Source of the DNA: Ranitomeya imitator
Taxonomy: Eukaryota
Assembly: GCF_032444005.1 (NCBI RefSeq)
Contig: NC_091287.1
Span: 452,538,001 to 452,602,000, forward strand
Length of the DNA stretch: 64,000 bases
Direction: 5' to 3'
Shown piece by piece: positions 61,622 through 64,000 of this stretch (positions within the stretch are counted from its first letter, which is position 1; each line of letters begins with the position of its first letter). The position numbers and the translations under genes are program-made. The notes below the pieces were generated by a model that had not been told where the DNA came from, made no database searches, and saw nothing but the letters and a program-made list of their open reading frames with translations.

Positions 61622-64000
61622 CATACACACAAGGATGGGGATGAGGAACCATGCAGACAAGGATGGGAATAAGGAGCCATGCAGACAAGGATGGGACTAA
61701 GCAGTAATGCAGACAAGGATTGGGATAAGCAGCCATGCAGACAAGGATGGGGATAAGGAGCCATGCACACAAGGATTGGAATAAGGAGCCATGCAGACAA
61801 GGATGGGGATAAGGAGCCATGCAGACAAGGATTGGAATAAGGAGCCATGCAGACAAGGATTGGGATAAGCAGCCATGCAGACAAGGATGGGGATAAGGAG
61901 CCATGCACACAAGGATTGGAATAAGGAGCCATGCAGACAAGGATGGGGATAAGGAGCCATGCAGACAAGGATTGGAATAAGGAGCCATGCAGACAAGGAT
62001 GGGAATAAGGAGCCATGCAGACAAGGATTGGAATAAGGAGCCATGCAGACAAGGATGGGGATAAGGAGCCATGCAGAAAAGGATTGGAATAAGGAGCCAT
62101 GCAGACAAGGATGGGGATAAGGAGCCATGCAGACAAGGATTGGAATAAGGAGCCATGCAGACAAGGATGGGAATAAGGAGCCATGCAGACAAGGATTGGA
62201 ATAAGGAGCCATGCAGACAAGGATGGGAATAAGGAGCCATGCAGACAAGGATGGGGATAAGGAGCCATGCAGAAAAGGATTGGAATAAGGAGCCATGCAG
62301 ACAAGGATTAGAATAAGGAGCCATGCAGACAAGGATGGGGATAAGGAGCCATGCAGACAAGGATGGGGATAAGGAGCCATGCAGACAAGGATTGGAATAA
62401 GGAGCCATGCAGACAAGGATGGGAATAAGGAGCCATGCAGACAAGGATTAGAATATGGAGCCATGCAGACAAGGATGGGGATAAGGAGCCATGCATACAA
62501 GGATGAGAATAAGGAGCCATGCAGACGATGGGAATAAGGAGCCATGCAGACAAGGATGGGGATAAGGAGCCATGCAGACAAGGATTGGAATAAGGAGCCA
62601 TGCAGACAAGGATGGGAATAAGGAGCCATGCAGACAAGGATTAGAATAAGGAGCCATGCAGACAAGGATGGGGATAAAGAGCCATGCATACAAGGATGAG
62701 AATAAGGAGCCGTCATACAGGGATGGTAATAAGGAGCCGTGCATACAAGGATGGGAATAAGGAGCCATGCAGACAATGATGGGAATAAGGAGCCATGCAT
62801 ACAAGGATGGGTATAAGGAGCCATGCAGACAAGGATTGGAATAAGGAGCCATGCAGACAAGGATGGGGATGAGGAGCCATGCATACAAGGATGGGAATAA
62901 GGAGCCATGCAGACAAGGATGGGAATAAGAAGCCATGCAGACAAGGATGGGGATAAGGAGCCATGCATACAAGGATGGGAATAAGGAGCCATGCATACCA
63001 GGATGGGAATAAGGAGCCATACAGACAAGGATGGGGATAAGGAGCCATGCATACCAGGATGGGAATAAGGAGCCATGCAGACAAGGATGGGGATAAGGAG
63101 CCATGCATACCAGGATGGGAATAAGGAGCCATGCATACAAGGATGGGGATAAGGAGCCATGCAGACAAGGATGGAGATATGTTGCCATGCAGACAAGGAT
63201 GGGGATAAGGAGCCATGCATACAAGGATGGGAATAAGAAGCCATGGAGACAAGGATGGGAATAAGGAGCCATGCAGACAAGGATGGGAATAAGGAACCAT
63301 GCAGACAAGGATGGGAATAAGGGGCCATGCATACAAGGATGGGAATAAGGAGCCATGCATACAAGGATGGGAATAAGGAGCCATGCATACAAGGATGGGA
63401 ATAAGAAGCCATGCAGACGAGGATGGGAATAAGGAGCCATGCATACAAGGATGGGAATAAGGAGCCATGCATACAAGGATGGGAATAAGGAGCCATGCAT
63501 ACAAGGATGGGAATAAGAAGCCATGCAGACGAGGATGGGAATAAGGAGCCATGCATACAAGGATGGGAATAAGAAGCCATGCAGACGAGGATGGGAATAA
63601 GGAGCCATGCATACAAGGATGGGATTAAAAAGCCATGCAGACAAGGATGGGAATAAGGAGCCATGCAGACAAGGATGGGAATAAGGAGCCATGCAGACAA
63701 GGATGGGAATAAGGAGCCATGCATACAAGGATGGGAATAAGGAGCCATGCATACAAGGATGGGAATAAGGAGCCATGCATACAAGGATGGGAATAAGAAG
63801 CCATGCAGACGAGGATGGGAATAAGGAGCCATGCATACAAGGATGGGAATAAGGAGCCATGCATACAAGGATGGGAATAAGGAGCCATGCATACAAGGAT
63901 GGGAATAAGAAGCCATGCAGACGAGGATGGGAATAAGGAGCCATGCATACAAGGATGGGAATAAGAAGCCATGCAGACGAGGATGGGAATAAGGAGCCAT
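61622..64000. repeat. 28-bp minisatellite array in macro-unit 4, running off the window
   Basis: Same 28-bp consensus; shorter arrays also occur at 47700-48234, 49710-51898, 52293-52827 and 60834-61230. Confidence 0.97.

Noticed and set aside
43100-64000. CRISPR-like appearance of short regular repeats
   Set aside because: The monomers are contiguous with no unique spacers, there are no cas genes, and the context is a vertebrate intron.

Overview
Eukaryotic, repeat-saturated vertebrate DNA. The repeat complement (T2/Kolobok MITEs, TTAA piggyBac-type elements, TWA Harbinger MITEs, Tc1 families) suggests a frog; that assignment is inference. The only host gene I can support is prex2 on the minus strand. 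Six GT-AG exons (25240-25413, 21121-21215, 16779-16861, 15309-15399, 12535-12663, 3660-3701) splice in phase into one open frame matching my recollection of the C-terminal IP4P-like region of PREX2. Everything else is intron: four large Tc1 copies plus fragments, many MITEs, a nested hAT > solo LTR > Penelope-like stack, three hammerhead-ribozyme-like motifs, and a piggyBac-type element carrying a telomere-like tract. From 37.1 kb onward there is a tandemly amplified block: a Tigger/pogo-like element with a 28-bp minisatellite, invaded by a near-intact chromovirus and a Gmr1-type Gypsy element. The chromovirus appears to self-prime, with its PBS complementary to its own predicted 5' end. The Gmr1 element is present twice at the same integration site, once as a solo LTR and once full length, which points to unequal crossover or a haplotype-switch misassembly. 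I found no wholly new biological system. The best leads are this recombination architecture, the self-priming retrotransposon, the intronic hammerhead motifs and the transposon-borne satellite. Most ORF-track entries, including the 500-790 aa MAPYSHPC repeats, are artefacts. Most repeat-family names are from memory, not from a database search.
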